From Utricularia gibba (taxonomy: Eukaryota; Plantae; Magnoliophyta): a stretch of DNA of 64,000 nucleotides. The position numbers and the translations under genes are program-made. Below, piece by piece: positions 1 to 14,718 of this stretch. The stretch spans positions 2,666,001 through 2,730,000 of the forward strand of contig NEEC01000014.1 in NCBI GenBank assembly GCA_002189035.1, in the 5' to 3' direction. Position 1 is the stretch's first letter, and every line of letters begins with the position of its first letter. The notes below the pieces were generated by a model that did not search any database, was not told the DNA's origin, and saw only the letters and a list, made by a program, of their open reading frames with translations.

Positions 1-1579
1 CAGCTTATAGACGTTGAACATGTCCCCCTTTACGATTCAAAACCTTGGAAAAGTTGGTGGGATTATCTCAGTAAAAAACATATGTTTGGATAATGGGATT
101 TTATAAAAATGGATATGTTTTACATGTTGAATCATAACAAAGAAAAAAATATCATTTGGATTTAATTTATTTTATTAAATTTAACAATTACCAACTAAAG
201 AGACAAATGGCTTTTTTATAGTTGTGCACTTGAGAACTGCATCACTGTAGGGATGGGTATAATTCAATTGATGGGTATATGGATTAGGTTGGAATTTTAA
301 ATATATTGAGGTTAATTTCAGTTATTATTTATTAAATCAAAAATTGATATTCTCAATCTGCTCTAATAAAATTAAAATAATATACAAAATTACATGTTAT
401 CAATCCAATGCTAGTTTCTTACATTTCAAAACAAAAAGTTAAATTAACAACAATCATAAAAAATAATGTAAGATAATAGATGAAATATTTTAGTTTTTTA
501 AAAACATTTTCACATTATTCTAATTTTCAAGTTTGTTATTATTTTACCTTAATTGTTAAACATAATTGGTTATCTACTTTATCTTTCATAATTATTTTTA
601 TATTACCTAAATTAAAGGAGTAAATGAGTAATATTTCAACTATTTTATTTACTTTTTCATTCATATTAACTTTATACAAACTTTGTAATTTAATTAAAAT
701 ATACTTATTTTTACATTTTATCTTATATTTTATGATTTTTTTGTATTTTATTTTTAATAAGGTTGTTAGATATATTTTTTAATTCCTTAATGTTATTAAT
801 AAAATATTTTATTTTTGGAATTTAAGGATTTAATTTATGGCTTAATATTTAGTATTTATAATTTAGGAATAGTATAATATTAGGCCTTCAGGATGCATTA
901 TTAGATTTTAATGGTTTAGTGATTTAAGGTTTTGAATTTAATGTTTAGGGTTTAGTTTAAAGGTTCAAATTTAAATTTTAAAGTTTACGATTTAGAATTT
1001 CAAATTTGGAATTTAGGTTTATGCATTTAGTGTTTAAAAATTAATGGTAAGTTATTAAATTTCTAATTTGAATTTACGTGTGTGATTGAAGGTTTAGAGA
1101 TTAAAATTAAGTGAAATTTTTAATATAAATGAATCCTTAAGGTAAATTATTAGTAAGAATATAAATGAGAGAAAAATACAAAGAAAAAGAACAAGGGTGA
1201 ATTATAAAATATTAAAAAATTAGATAACAAATAAATTAAATAGGAAGAGGTGAATGGGTAATGAAGTTATTTTGACAAGGTTGTTTTGCAAAATCACCCA
1301 TGTTATTAATCCAATACTATTTGATTACATAGTCACATTCTTATTTTCTAAAAATCAATCATTTAAAAAAATTAGCAGCAATCATCAGCAAATACTGTAT
1401 ATATTCAATACTGCTTTTATTCATCAAACGATAGATCAAACATTTGTAAAATATATTCATCTAATTTTGGATGAATTCAATGAGTAAAATATGGCAGTTT
1501 GGGAAGTAATACCTTTTTCATAAAAAAATAAAAAAAATGAAATTGATATATTTTTTTAAAAAAATTGAAAACTACCTAA

Positions 1580-2532
<953 letters not shown>

Positions 2533-2959
2533 AATCTGTATCACCTGCAGTGGAAGTGATGATGAAATACCGTATGGAGTATGAATCTGAACAATAAATG
2601 CACATCAAGGCTCACCGTACTGACAATCAGAATTTTGATAGAGGAAAGATCGGATGAACTCTCAAGGTTACGGACGTAAGAAATAGAACAGTGAAAAACA
2701 CTGAGCTTATGGGAAGAAAATAAGCTTTAATCAAAAGAATTGTTATTATGAGTGGCTACAATTAGATGCTAACAAAAGTCTATAAATAGACAAACAAGAA
2801 TAGAACTACCACAAAAACATGACACTAATGAAGCAGTTCATAGTTGCTTAACAGAGTTCCACCAAATCAAGGGTGAACACGTTGCTCTCTTCCAACGGTT
2901 GTGAAGATTTTACTTCTTGACGAACTTTCTGATTTTCTAACGTTAACTTCCAACCTAGT

Positions 2960-3126
2960 ATCGATTTTTCCAACTCAGACAACTTCCCACTTGATTTGCA
3001 TAGATGCTATCCTTTAAATGGGTATCAAACCCCTATATTCGATCAGCTTCGATAGAGAAAACACTCAATCTTCTGGAAAAATTTAAGATGAACTTTTATA
3101 TAGAAGAAACCCTTATCTTTAGAGCT
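2960..3126 (+). repeat. Local ~165-bp duplicated segment; partner is 3710-3807 plus 4224-4287, split by a MITE
   Basis: aacttcccacttgatttgca...gatcagcttcgatagagaaaacactcaatctt...agaagaaacccttatctttagagctt aligns with aacttcttacttgatttgca...gatcagcttgaatagagagaaaacact[MITE]tagtctt...agaagaaacccttctctttaaagctt. Confidence 0.75.
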
Positions 3127-3807
3127 TTCTTGAAGTCTATATGAGGTAGTATGAATCTGAACAATAAATGGACATTATGTTGGCCTTGCACTTGATGTCG
3201 ATAAGTAAGAGCCATGCATTTTACATAGATTTTGCAATTTGTAGAATATTTACACCAGATCTTCAAAATTCACTACGGAATAGGACAACACACACTCAAT
3301 AAATCCAATTTACACAAGGCTGCAATATAGACATGCATAGGACTAACACACACAATTATGTGAGCATACCATATGGAGCTCCTCTGATCATATAATAATA
3401 TCATCACACTACAACTTGACTATGCTATATTTTAAAGATATAAACATTTCCTTTCTGCTTATTGTCTCATTTACAAAATTGTCACTATGAACTTGTTTTA
3501 TCATCATTTTATGAAGTTATCTTTCTCAATTTGAGCATGAGTGTCTAACATGTTTGTAATGCCTCATGAAGACATGGGAGTAATGCTCTAGTTAGGTTTG
3601 AACAAATAGTGTATCTATTATTAAATATACATTACAGGATAAATTGAAGATGGAAAAAGAGTAATATACCTAGCATAAGAAACTCAAATTAGAGATAGAC
3701 CTAGTATTAACTCTTCCAACTAACACAACTTCTTACTTGATTTGCACTAGTTGCTATCCTTATTAAACCTGTGTACTCGATCAGCTTGAATAGAGAGAAA
3801 ACACTTA

Positions 3808-4223
3808 AGGCGCGTTTGGTTGCTGGGTTTAGGTGGGTTGCGGCGTGGGTTTAGACATAAACCTGCGTTATGAATTTTCGTTTTAAAGACGAGCACCGCA
3901 TCTATTATTACTCAGTGCTTGTTATAAAATAAAGTTTCAACTAAGCACCATAATTTATGTTATGCGGTGCTCGATTGAACTTATAAAATGATATAAAAAA
4001 ATAAAATATATGATAATTTATTTTAATTAACTAAAGGGTATATTGGTAATTTTATGTGAAAATAATCACAAACCTAATTTTAAACCCACGTACCAAACGT
4101 GTATTCATGTTAAACCCAAATAATCTAACACGGATTACACCCTTTAAACCCATGAAATCAGGTTATGTAAACCCAAATAAACTAAACCTGGGTTTAGACC
4201 AAACTCACCAACCAAACGCACCC
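3808..4223. mobile_element. Tourist-type MITE (PIF/Harbinger), 416 bp, TTA TSD
   Basis: Left TIR aggcgcgtttggttgctg; right TIR reverse complement gggtgcgtttggttggtg; TTA at 3805-3807 and 4224-4226. Confidence 0.9.
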
Positions 4224-4454
4224 TTAGTCTTATTGACAAATTTAAGACAAAATTGTCTACAGAAGAAACCCTTCTCTTTAAAGCTTGAAAGATCAACAAA
4301 ACTCGCAACACTTACACTGATAAACAACTTAATACCTAATAAGTGGGCTTTCATATGTGCCAAAGTATTGACATATTAACTGGTCCAATCAATAACAAAA
4401 TAAAGACAAAATATTCAATCTTCTATGTAGCCATTATCTTCTTCAATTTCATTT

Positions 4455-5289
4455 CTTCTAATTTATTTACTTTCCAATAGTTTTAAAAATTTTCATCCAA
4501 GTGATTCTTGTTAAAGGTTTTTCTGAGGAGGAAGAAGGATGAAGACAAACATGAACTAAGCTCATGCTTGAAGAATATTTTCTGTTTTTCAACGATTATT
4601 ACTCTTAGCTAAGAATAGCTAGCGACAGTTCCAGTTTTCTGTTGAACTTTTAAGTTTCCACCTTGTTTATTTTCTGGTTGTAGACTGAAGGATGAGTACA
4701 TTGTGGATGATGTTTTCTTTTATATTTTCGTTTGTCTCAAGTATTAGTGGCTAAGTACTTAGGGGTTGCCTTAGAGTGAAAATGAGAGAAACATGTTAAT
4801 CAATCTTTAGACCTAAACAGCCATAAGTCACATCACTTCCTTAACAAACCAGGATAGATTCAGGAGGGGGAAGTAGTGAAACCTAACTTAACAATTTTAA
4901 TTAGAGGTAGATCAAAGATTAGAGGGAAAAACAAGAGTCCGGGTAGACCTAGATCTTGTGAGTTAGTTGTATGATTTGTGGTTTGTGTGATGAGCATATA
5001 TCCCCTAGTAGTTCCAAGTTATCGTCTATTTCACTACAGACACAACCGATCTCCAGAACTTATTACTTTTCTTTATTGTATTTCATTGTAGTTCTGCCTT
5101 AGTCCTAGTTAAGACCAATTTACCAACGTGACACTGATTTCATGCTTTGACTAATCACTTGACAAGCACCTGCTTTTCGTGTTCGACCCTAATCACTATG
5201 CTCATAATTGTATTATGTTTATTAGGCTATAAATTTATTTGATAGGAGAAATTTGCATTTAATGACATTGCATAATTTTTTGTTTATCA
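4455..5289 (+). mobile_element. Athila-type LTR family A, 5'-truncated and internally deleted copy
   Basis: Clear similarity from ~4517 to the copies at 13288 and 56957 (gaagaaggatgaagac, gtagacctag, cgtgttcgaccctaatcactatgctcat); ends tttatca at 5289. Confidence 0.8.
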
Positions 5290-7430
5290 ACAAACAAGTG
5301 AAAAAAACTTTAAGCGATAAACCTTAAATAAAAAGAATGTTCTTGGGATTGGAATCTTGCCCAACTACGTTCGTTGCGTCTCTATTCTTCTATGATCTTC
5401 TCGAGTACTCGGTTATCGGAGTAAGAAATTATCTACCCTCCCATACACTCTTTTGCAAGAATGTACGGGAATAACCCGATGTTGCTCTTCTATGGACGAA
5501 TGTGAAGATAAAAGGTCTTGCCATCGTAGTCCCACGGTCGAAACACATACATGTGCCTGAGTGTTGCCAATGACCCATTGAGTCCAGATACGATACGAAG
5601 TCACTATCTATCCATTGATCATGAGGTACGACCACAGATAAAATGTTGTCTCCCTCCTATCAAACGGGTATGAGTTGGTGCTTTCCACCTTGCTTCGCTT
5701 CAAAACTCTCAGGCATTGATCAGCTAACCATGATCTTGAATAATGAGACTGTTACAAAAACATGTTACAAAAAGACTATAACATAGTCGTGCGAAGACAA
5801 ATGGAACCTGATTAGATTCAAAGAAGACTTGAAGATCAACAAAAAAAATATAGATCTGGGAGTATCCCAACTCAGAAAGGGATATTTCTAGCTGTGAACA
5901 ACCATACAGCAAAGGAAAATGGAAGCAGATTCTAGAAAGAAGTTAGAGAGAAAATGTTCTAGAGAGAGAAACTAAAAGTCTAAACTAAAATTGGAAATGA
6001 ATGCTGAATGTCTGAATTGAACTGAACTACTTTGTTTGAAATTTAGTGTCTCCTTAGTTTTGCTATGAATTGGAGTGACTTGTTAGAAAACTCCTGCTCT
6101 AACACTGATACGCTAATGATTTCATTTATTAAAGACTTCTGTGTACTGCACATTAAGACTTATCATTAGGCATTTGTAGTCTTTCGGAAATCAAGAAAAT
6201 GTTAGTTTGGGAAGATCTCTTTTATCGTCATCTGCAGCTTGCTTTCTCATTGTTCCTGTCACGTGTTCGCCTCTAGAAAAACTTAAATAAAATTAGCAAA
6301 AATATTAGATAAGATTTAGGATAATTACCCTAATCTAAAAAAACTTGAATCTTATATTATAAACTCCTAACTAAACAACTTTAATCACAGTTAAACATAA
6401 AAATGACCTGAAAAATAGTGAGAAAATAACACTTAACATATTTCTCTATACTTAAATCATGTTTGTCCTCAAGTATGAAAACAAAAAGACAATCCATAGC
6501 CCTGGCAGTATCCAACGCATGATGCATGACTAAGGTAACCTATTCCTCTCTAATGCATGTACCATCTTCTATTTCCTTCCAAACTCTTAAAATCAATTTA
6601 AAGCGTGCCACTCAAATAACAGAATTGAAGAAAAGACAACTAGGGATCACTCTTTGATTTTTCAAAAGTTTTGGGCCACATTGACTTATTCCTCTCGCTT
6701 TCTTTCTTTGTCTTTTTTTTTTCTGCAAAATGACCCTCACTTTGGAGAAGAACTCTTTGGATTACGAAACCTTATTCGTGTCTCATAAGGAAAGTTTGTG
6801 TCATTCATGGTTTTGCCAAACAATTCTTACCTTTGGCATCCTTGTCTTTTTTTTTTTGAAGATGTGAGGTGTCATTGGGTCGTGAATATACACAAAAAAC
6901 GTGAGAGCAATCCTAAACAATTCTCAGCCCTAATGCATGTCATAAAAGCAGAAAATTCAGAGTAAGGAAAAATCTAGAAGGTTTCCTTGCAGCATGAGAG
7001 GTTTAAGCACCCTAATCATGGATCATTCGTAAGGATTACCCAAGCATGGGTGTCATCTAACTTAGGAAGCATGATATAGGGTGTACTCAAAAGATAAAAA
7101 TGCAAGCGTAGAAAAGAAATCATACAAAAAATTGTCCAAATACGACAACAAAAGATAGTTCATTTGATAGAGAAGAGCTCCTCTCCCATACTTAATTCTG
7201 AGGATGTCCTCATCATCAAGCATGTTGGAGGTTACCTTAATAATGGCATGGCATGGAGGTGATCAGGGTGTCCAGTTTGGACGACAATATTGCGATTTGA
7301 CGGTATAGATCTTGAAGAGCCAGCAGGACGGTGCATTTGTCTGGGGATGCAGGGGCAGTTGCCAACCTCAGATGAGTCAGTGTATGGATCTGCATTGGTG
7401 TAGCTACACTGAAAGAGATCAATCAAATCA
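5290..7430 (-). mobile_element. 3' end of a second Athila-like element: LTR family B (~5290-6438), PPT-like tract, 3' non-coding region and end of env-like ORF (7237-7422)
   Basis: On the minus strand, ttgaggacaaacatgatttaagtatagagaaata precedes TGTTAAG at 6438. A second Athila-type tract (gaggacatcctcagaattaagtatgggagagg) follows the ORF ending LQDLYRQIAILSSKLDTLITSMPCHY*. The LTR resembles 14719-15827. Confidence 0.55.
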
Positions 7431-7439
7431 AGGTATCAG

Positions 7440-10106
7440 AAGTGAGCCTCTACCTTGGGTGTATTGGCAGTGAGATCCATGTTGAGGAGGAATCTTTGTC
7501 TACTAAAAATTACCTAAGCAATCTAGGACAAGCAACACCAATCGAAGATCGAGTTAAGAAGAGACATGCCTGGAAAAAATACCTTTTGCAATGGACTTCA
7601 GAATTAATCGAGCCAGAAATGCTTGAAACTGTAAGACAAGAAACACCTTGACAGGAACAGCCAACCGAAGAATTCACAGAAAACATTGAGCTATCCAGAG
7701 CTGACCTACAAACTGAAATGATATTTGAAGAATCAAATGAGATTATTGAATCATTTGAATATTCTTCATAGACTGATGATGAAACTGGCTCTCAACTAGA
7801 GGCTTCAAGGGTCCCTCAACACAATTGACTATGATGTGTTCCCAAACTGCCTCTTGTCATCAAATTAAGGAGAAGCTTGGAAATTACAGAAGAACATGAG
7901 AACATGCTTAACAGGAAATCGGATGAAAAAGGACAATATGTGTCCCATTTCAAAAGCAATGATCCTAGTGAGAATGAAGATATGCTAGTGCTAACACACT
8001 GTAGACTAGGAAATATGATAGTATTCTAACATCTATGTCAAATGCATGCTAATGAGTGAACCTTGAAATCTAAAGAAAGCTATGGAATCTCCTCCCTAGT
8101 TCAAATCCTTGGAAAATGAACTACAATCTATCTATGACCATGATATTTGAGAGATGGTGGATAAACATAAAAATGTAAAATCTCTTGGTCTAATGGATAC
8201 ACAAGATCAAACTGACCTTGATGGTTCATAAAAAAAAAAGAAATCAAGGCTAGTGGTCAAGGGATATCTGTAGAACTTTGGAATCTACTATCAAGAAATC
8301 ATTGTTTCACTTGCTTGATTAGAAATTATTAAATTGCTTCTCACTATAGCCGGCTTTTATCATTGGAATGCCTACCATCTGGACATTAAAACTGAGTTTC
8401 TTGATAGGCAACTACACAAAGATGTATATGTACAAATACTTTCTAGCTTTGAGATAGTAAATGGATAGATTAGGTACTATAGCTGAAAATGGCCCTCTAT
8501 GGACTCAAACAACCTCCAAGGGGTGGTATTCTACAATAGGTACATTCTTTATTGAGCAAGGATACTCATGAAGCAAGAATGATACGATCCTATGCATCCT
8601 AGATAGACCAATGTGCCGAGTGATCATCTCTTTGTACATGAATGATATACTTCTTATTGGGAGTAATGAAGACATTATAAATAAATAAAAGATATCAATG
8701 AGGAGCACATTTGATCTAGTGGATCTAGGATTGATGATATACTTCCTTGGTATAGAAATCACTCAATTGAAAGAATGCATATTTCTTAATCAAAAGATGT
8801 ACAATGAAGACCTAATAAAGAGATATCATATGGAACTTGCTAAACCAGTCAAAGCGCCCTTCCCACTTGATGATAGACTGCTCTGTAGATGGGACTATCA
8901 GTTACAAGCTCAAATTTTAACAATTAATAGGGACCCTACACTACTTAATAGCAACCCTACACTACTTAATAGCAACTCGACTGAATATCACTTTCATCAT
9001 ATCCTACCTATCCAAGTTCACACAAGAACCATTCACATATGAAAGTAGCAAAACGAATTCTCAAATATCTCAATACCACTCTAAACCTAGGTCTATAGTA
9101 CAAGAAAGAAACTAACCTTGTTCTCCAAGGCTTTGTTGATTCAAATTTTGTAGGTGACGAGCTTGAGTGCAAATCGACTTTCGGGTACTTATTCAACCTT
9201 GGATCAAGAGCATTTGTTTAGAACAGCTGCAAACAAAATATCATAATGCAATCCTCAATTGAAGTGAAATATATTGCAGATGCCTCAACTGCCAACTATT
9301 CCCAATGGATCATTAAGATTTTTGAGGACCTAAAAATCCAGATTTGAAAACCTGTGATACTGAAGATCAACAACAAATCTGCGATTAGCATCACTCAAAA
9401 TCCAATTATGTTTGGAAAGACCAAACACATCAAAGTGAAATACCATGCTCTCCGGGAGTATGTGAAAGAAGGGTCAATAACACTGGAATACATACTTTTC
9501 AAAGACCAAGTGACTGATATTCTCACAAAGTGTCTATTTCCAAAGAATTTCAAGAAGATCCATAGGTTATTAGGGCTGTGACAAAATCCCTAGAAGATTA
9601 GCTAAAGTCTCAATTACAACTTCAAGGAGGAATGTTGGAGAATGAGAATGGAATTGAGACCTTAGTTAATTTCAAGGATCATAAAAACATGAATAATAAG
9701 TCCTACGATTTGAAGAAGCTACTACTAAAAGAAAAGCCCCTGTTGGAGAGAAAACGCCGTGCAACAAGAAAACTGGGCCTAATTCTACTGGATCCTACCA
9801 ACTTCAAGAATTTCAAGTTCATCTCCACTAGTAAGGCCCATGCAGACCCAAAGACATTGAAGCACATTCTCAAAGTGTGCTCCTCTCATTTCATTGAAAA
9901 GATTCAACCCTCTCAGTACACTAAAAACCCATACAACAATCAATAAGGCAACGACTCTTTTTGTAGACTATATAAATGAGCAATAAGAAGTGCATGCGTT
10001 AGTAGTTTTTGGGCTAAAGCTATAGATACAATATCTTTTACAGCAGAAAATGTGTATTAGTTCTCTCATTTCTGAGTTCTCTTTACTACGATACCTGATT
10101 CATACA
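7440..10106 (+). mobile_element. Degenerate Ty1/Copia: RT-RNaseH (~8050-9581), PPT 9624-9632, 3' LTR ~9633-10106
   Basis: Broken RT motifs KSRLVVKGY and DLGLMIYFLGIEITQ; RNaseH NKSAISITQNPIMFGKTKHIKVKYHALRE...DILTK; aaggaggaa then TGTTGG; tatataaa near 9970. The 5' boundary and LTR end are approximate. Confidence 0.85.
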
Positions 10107-11300
10107 TGGAAATACCTTACATTTTCAAATTTTTGATTTTCAAGAGAGTTAATCATTACATCAATATGTGGATTTTGAGTTTCAATATGCCTCAATTTGA
10201 TGATTCCATATTTGGCATCGTTCGTGATAGCATGATATTTGACTTTGATATGTTTAGTTTTCCTAGAATACATTTATTCCTTTCCATTGCTAATGACCTT
10301 ATTGTCTATGTAGAACTCAGTACTGTAATCTTGCTTAAATCCGATTTCTACCATCACCTGTTTAAGCCACATGCAATGATTAGCAGCATAGCACATTCAA
10401 CCTCGAGTGTTGGTTGAGCCATCATACTTTATTCCTTATATGCCAAAAAATATGTGTCTCATTTAAGTGATAACAAACCTGAAATGTACTTTTGCAATCC
10501 TATGATCCTGCGAAGTCTTTATTGATATGGACTTTCAGCTTCACGTTATTGCCTTCACCATAATAATGAAGTAGAAGTTTCAAATCATATGTCCCCTTTA
10601 CATATATGAGTATTTTCTTTTTAACCTTCATGTAACTCATCATTGACCGATTCATATACCTTGATAACAAGTTTACAACAAAGAATAGTTCTTTGATATG
10701 TGCCAACTATATCAAAGATTCAATTATGTTGAAATAAAAATGATCATTTAGTAGCATTCACTTCTTACATATTTTGCAGTAGATCAAAACATTATTTTTA
10801 AAAAATATGAAAACTCCAATACTTTTCTTTTGATGAATTTTCATTCCTAAAAATTAATACATCAGATCTATGTATTTTGTTTCAAATCTCTCATCAACAT
10901 ACTCATCTATATATATATTCCATGTTTTCTTGAATCTTTCGCTTGATAGAAAATTATCTATTCTGCAATTTCATACATGTGATGCATATTTAATATCATA
11001 GAGAGCATTTTTTTAATCTGTATATTTTATTTTCTGCTATTGGTTTTATGAATTCTTCATGATACTCTTTGAAAGTGTCTACTTTGAGATGTCCATTAAG
11101 TTAATATTAATGTAATCAACAACTTTATTTAATGCTGTTCAAAGAGAAAAATATCTTTTAATTTAGGAAATACATTTCAGAATATCTCTTCATCACCCCT
11201 TTTGCCATATATTTATCCATTGCCTCATCAATGTTGAATTTTTCCCAAAATACAATCCAATGATCTATTAATTAGCCACAAAGTTTCATTTTTTTCCAAC
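10107..11300 (-). mobile_element. Second degenerate Copia RT/RNaseH fragment, tail-to-tail with the first
   Basis: Minus-strand VNLLSRYM...KKILIYVKGT...DFAGS (10500-10706), WLKQVMVEIGF...KTKHIKVKYHAI (10110-10400) and FLGMKIHQ near 10840. The right boundary is approximate. Confidence 0.8.
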
Positions 11301-13287
11301 TGATTCCAATTTTTTTAATATATTCTGATTGCAAGTGTTGCTACCTAAAAAGAATTGAATGTGTGCATGGTCGGCTTATTGATTCACTAACAAAGATGAA
11401 ACAACTGACATGGGGAGTGAAAGATTCACTCCTCCTCAAGAACTTCTTGCTCATTTATTTAAGTTAATTTTTAAGCTTATTCAAGTCTGTGTTAGTTAAA
11501 ACTGGTAATATGATGTGTGTTTACCGGATTCTATGTTTTTTATGAGAATTTATGGATTTGTTCCGGATTGTTCTATGATTTGTTATGATGCTCCAGGTGA
11601 TGAAAATCGTGCATGAACTTTGTCACAATCTTCTTATAACATTCTAAAAATCACCACACAAGAAAAGCACATTTGTAGCGTAATGTGTGAGTACGGAGGA
11701 TAGATCAACTAGAAGAAGTAGGAGGAACTTCCAATGATGAATAAGTAGAAGAGTGTCTGACCAATACTATTCATACATAGAAAATAGAATAAGATTAAGC
11801 CTAAGTTGATATATCTTTATTATCCTGAAATCATTGATTTCTGCACACTAGGTGTCAGGTGCAGTGAACCTGGTGCGGATTCACCGTATGGTAAGTTTTT
11901 TATTTCAATTTTAATATTTTAATCAATAATTGTAATAATAATAATTCATTTATTGAATTAACTAATCAAAATCCACTTTTTCACTTGATTTTTTTTCATA
12001 TTTTCATCCATAATTATCTTGAATGCTCGATCATCATCAATCAATTGTTGTTGTCATCGGTCATTGAAAGTATGACAATCATCATTCATTGATTATCACT
12101 TTAATTTTCATTTTTTTTTGTGAATGTTGAATTTTTTTTTTGAAATTTATATTTATGGATTTATGAATCTGATGTTATAATATTTATAAATTGTCTATTA
12201 TATTTATTTATTATTTGATCATGATTATAAAAATGTATTCTAATTTTGGCAATAATGACATCAATAATATATAGAAATTTATTTTCAAACGTCAAATTAG
12301 ATCTATTTGAGGAGGAAATGTACATATTCGATGCAACATTTGTTTCATTAATTTTTTAAGTAAAAATTTATTTTAATATTTTTCATAGTAATATAATATA
12401 ATTTAAACATTATAAGTTCAAATTGCACCAACATTCATAATTTTTCAAATCAAGAATCGATGCACCCGAATCCATGAATCAACAAATCTACGCACCCGCT
12501 CCTACATATCTTAGTGCATTAGTTAAAATTTGTGAGCAAGTTTAGTAACATTGTAGCATAATTAAATGACACATATGTATTAAAAATTTGTAGGAGATAA
12601 ATTAATATGTTATCTGGTAAAATTTAATTCGTAGAAATTTTATTGTTTTAATAGGATTTATGTTTTTATACTTTAAAATGACTAAATCAAATATTTTGTC
12701 AATTTTCTAACTTAATGATGATTTATCTGGTACTAACAACAATATTTTTTTGGTTATTAAGCTAAATCACATCGCGAAATCAATGACAAGTAACACAATA
12801 CATGGTCATGGTGGAAATTTCAACAAAAATGTTTGGATAGAAATTGATTGGACACGTTACACCTAGGATGAAGCATCAACAAGCAACCAACAAGCAAAAA
12901 GGTGAAGGAAAGAAGGGATATAATACACACAAATACCAAAGCAAAGAATAATGACGAAAAATGTAGAAGATGTTTTTATAATTCTCCCTAATAAGAAAAA
13001 AAGAGGAAATATATACAAGAAATGAAGGAAAAAGAAGCAGAACAAAAGCATCACACAAAGAAGAGAAAAAGAAGAAAACAACTTCATTGTAGATGACAAT
13101 CTAAGGAACAATTTTCATGAGTTACTGTTCTTATATAAAAACAATATCGTAGCACTAGAAAATGTCTACTAAGCATTTTTTGGATCTAAATATTTCCTTT
13201 CTATGCATCATTTTATTTTCAAAGTTGTTACGATGAGCATGTTTTATCATCATTTTATGAAGTTATCTCACTTAATATGAGCATGAA

Positions 13288-14444
13288 TGATAACACATAT
13301 TTTTAAGTGATTGAGTGCATGGAAAAGATTTATATTGTGTTACAAAAATTTAGTTTTACTACCTAGTTTTATATTTTTGCGCATAAGTACCGCAATTGTA
13401 TTATTTTAGTCTTAGTTGGAACTAAATCTACGATTTAGTTTCAACTTTCTAATAGTTTTACTTGAGCAATGCAGTGCAGGTCGCAACATGAATCCCAAAG
13501 AGTCGAATATGCACAGTGTAGTGGTAGAAGATGAGTCCAAATCTCTGAACAGTGGTACACACAAAATTCAAGGAGGAAAAAAGGAGATTTTGGACAAAAA
13601 GGGAGGAAGGATGAGAGAGAAGGCAGATCTCCCCTTGGAGACTCACGAACACATTTTCTGGGGAGCAAGAAGAAGGAAGACAAACAGGAACAAAACTGAA
13701 GTTCAAGATTATTTTATGTCTTCGAAGAATATTACTCCTAGCTAAGAGTAGCTAGTGACGTTTTTCAGTTTTTGTTGACACTTCACATTACTTGCTTGTT
13801 TGTTTTTTGGTATTTGACTGTGAAATGAGCACACTGTGGGTGATGTTTTCTTTTCAACTTTCGTTTACCTTAAGTATGAGTGGCTAAGTACTTAGGGGGT
13901 GCCTTGAGGTAAAAAGGGAAGTAACATGTTAATCAACCTTTAGATCTAAACAGCCATGAGCCACGCCACTTCCTTAACAAACCAGGATAGATCCAGGAGG
14001 GGGAAGTAGTGAAACCCAACTTAACAACCCTAATTAGAGGTAGACTAAAGATTAGGGGGAAAAACAAGAATCCGGGTAGACCTAAATCTTGTGAGTTAGT
14101 TATATGATTTGTGGTTTGTGTGAGTTTGTTTAGTGATGAACATACATCCCCTAGGAGTTCCAAGGCATCACCCATTCCATTCTATAAACAACCGAACTCT
14201 AGAACTTATTACTTTTCTTTACTGTATTTCGTTTTAGTTCTGCCTTAGTCCTAGCTAAGACCAATTTTACCAGCGTGACATTGATTCCTTGCATTGACCT
14301 TCACATAGCAAGCACCTAGCTCCTTGTGTTCGACCCTAGTCCACTATACTCATAATTGTATTATGTTTTAATGTGTATTAGTTTATAAATTTATTTGATA
14401 GGAAAATTTGCATTTAACGACATTGCATAATTTTTCATTTATCA
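13288..14444 (+). mobile_element. Solo LTR, family A (Athila-type), 1157 bp, TSD ATGAA/ATGAG
   Basis: Termini TGATAACAC...TTTATCA; flanks 13283-13287 and 14445-14449; paralogous empty site gagcATGAGtgtctaa at 3533-3548. Confidence 0.9.
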
Positions 14445-14718
14445 ATGAGTGTCTAAGATGCTTATGATGCTTCAAGAAGACTTGGGAGGAATGCTCAGTT
14501 AGGTTCAAACAAAGTGCCGGTTCATTTGTGGCAACCAAAGCCTCATTATCATCTTGTTTCTTAATAGTGTTCTCTTCAATTTGATGTGGTATTGATGAAA
14601 TAGATAATGAGAAATTAATTTTAACACTAACAAATTAGAACCTAAAGCCAAAAAACAGCTTACATAATGTTCTTTGCTTTTTTCTGGCTTCTTGCAACTC
14701 CGCTTATTGTGGCCAGCT

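Noticed and set aside
860-1130. tttaggg-like degenerate repeats
   Set aside because: Only one true TTTAGGG; this is the low-complexity texture common inside non-autonomous DNA transposons, not an interstitial telomere.
8930-8976. 21-bp tandem duplication (accctacactacttaatagca x2) in Copia RT
   Set aside because: Ordinary slippage in a dead element.
9632-9946. 104-aa ORF
   Set aside because: Starts at the PPT/LTR junction and lies within a Copia LTR; no recognisable domain.
11848-12502. Possible hAT-like MITE (tagg...ccta)
   Set aside because: Terminal similarity is weak and the 8-bp flanks do not match.
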